A DNA stretch of 64,000 bases from Hyphochytrium catenoides (Eukaryota > Protista > Hyphochytriomycota). Location: assembly GCA_900088475.1 (NCBI GenBank), contig FLMG01002942.1, positions 1-64,000 on the forward strand, in the 5' to 3' direction. The notes under the pieces are model-generated. The model searched no databases and was not told where the DNA came from. It saw nothing but the letters and a program-made list of their open reading frames with translations. Of this stretch, positions 62,767 to 64,000 are shown piece by piece (the first letter of the stretch is position 1; the number at the start of each line of letters is the position of its first letter). Made by a program: the position numbers and the translations under genes.

Positions 62767-64000
62767 ATGTCGGGGCCTTTCCTCACGCAGGCTAGTAACG
62801 AGGACTATAGCAAGCACGAGTACTGGGAGGAACGCTTTGAGAAGTAGGTGCCGAGAAAGAACTTCAAGCGGCTCTCTCCTTTCTCATGGCTCTAGCTTAC
62901 TACATCTCTCTCACGTAATCGTAGTTTTTCACCGCCAGTCGTCATGTCCTGCTAAACCCCATCCTGTCTTCTCCTCCAAATACTGATGATTAGAGAGCTG
63001 AACAAATCTTATTCCTCCCCTTGTTGCTTGCTCGGACCAGAGAGGAGTCCTACGAGTGGCTGGTGCCTTACTCTGGCGTCTCTAGCCTTCTAGAACCCTA
63101 TCTCAAGCCGACTGAGAGGATCCTTGTGGTAGGTTCACCCTTGAGCGCCACATCGGAAAGCCGAGGTCTTCTTATCAATTATAGACTCTGTCCTTCAGTC
63201 TTGGCACTTGCCCTTACTCTATACAGCCAGCAACATGTCCTGAACTCAATCCGACTTTACTTTCCTAGTTGCAGCTTTCAATACCTCAGTGTTCCTTCCT
63301 CTTAGCTTGGACATTTTCTCTATTACTTCTTATGCTTTCGGCTCTGAATGTTGACGACTCTCCTCTTCCGTGTTTTGATTATGCCGACCAGTGCAATCCC
63401 ACGGCCTGATATTCACCTCAACAGGTTGGGTGTGGCAACTCCTCCTTTTCCTCCGATCTGGTGGCTGCTGGATATCCCAATGTCATCTCCTGCGACTACT
63501 CGTCAGTCGTCATAGACAAGATGAGGGCAAAGTACCCTGAGCTAAAATGGGAAATAGCAGACATGACAAAGCTGAGAGAATACTTTGCGCCTTCATCCTT
63601 TGACATCGTCATAGATAAGGCAGCCATGGATGCTCTCATGGTACGCGTATTCTCTACCATTTACAAAGCAGCTCTGTTAGGCTCTGCAATGGTTATCTGC
63701 CCTCCCAGACTTGCACCTGCGCACGACAGACTCTCCTCCTTCTTCTGTCAGTCAATGTAGCTTGAGTAGCTCCCGCAAGTAGCTCGGCCTGGGAGGTCGC
63801 AGTGCTACCACTCGCTCTTGCGACTCTTGTTACGGTCGTCTGAGAGTTTCGCATTCAGCTACCTTGATGGGGTCACCTTCCTTGTATTCAAGCTTTAGTT
63901 CTCTCTTTGCTTTTCTCCTGTTCCATCGCTGTCTTGGAGTCCTATACCAACCTTCTTTGCAGTGTGCGGAGGGCGATGTCTGGAATCCTGAAAGCGCTGT
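62767..64000 (+). CDS. EEF1AKMT4: EEF1A lysine methyltransferase 4-like class I SAM methyltransferase; exons 62767-62843, 63041-63128, 63425-63640, 63963->end (partial)
   Basis: Spliced product: DYSKHEYWEERFEKEESYEW..ILVVGCGNS..DYSSVVI..ADM..FDIVIDKAAMDALMCAEGDVWNP; all introns are GT-AG and in phase. Confidence 0.85.

Noticed and set aside
1-64000. CRISPR arrays, rRNA operons, prokaryotic operons
   Set aside because: No regularly spaced repeat-spacer array or rRNA-like block was seen; the DNA is eukaryotic with spliceosomal introns.

Overview
Eukaryotic, intron-containing genomic DNA; the organism cannot be determined, but the Dada type and kinase tail would fit an alga or protist. The window is dominated by a cluster of seven related bHLH transcription-factor genes over about 50 kb. 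Three are on the + strand (subfamily A: one conserved intron, one copy broken, two from a recent ~4-kb duplication). Four are on the - strand (subfamily B: intronless, more diverged). The two groups converge on a central region holding a transmembrane pseudokinase with a Cys/His C-terminal domain. All seven share an unusual signature: HNxRE(R/K)RR(V/I) basic region and GYxx(H/Q)RS(Q/H)L loop/helix 2. The left end carries a disrupted Dada-type DDE transposase with an embedded DEDDy 3'-5' exonuclease; the right end begins an EEF1AKMT4-like methyltransferase gene. Between genes are a Copia remnant, possible solo LTRs, a 9-bp-TSD MITE, two long hairpins, a ~480-bp tandem duplication and CT/GA microsatellites. 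Gene models were spliced by hand and family calls rest on motif recognition; no searches were run.
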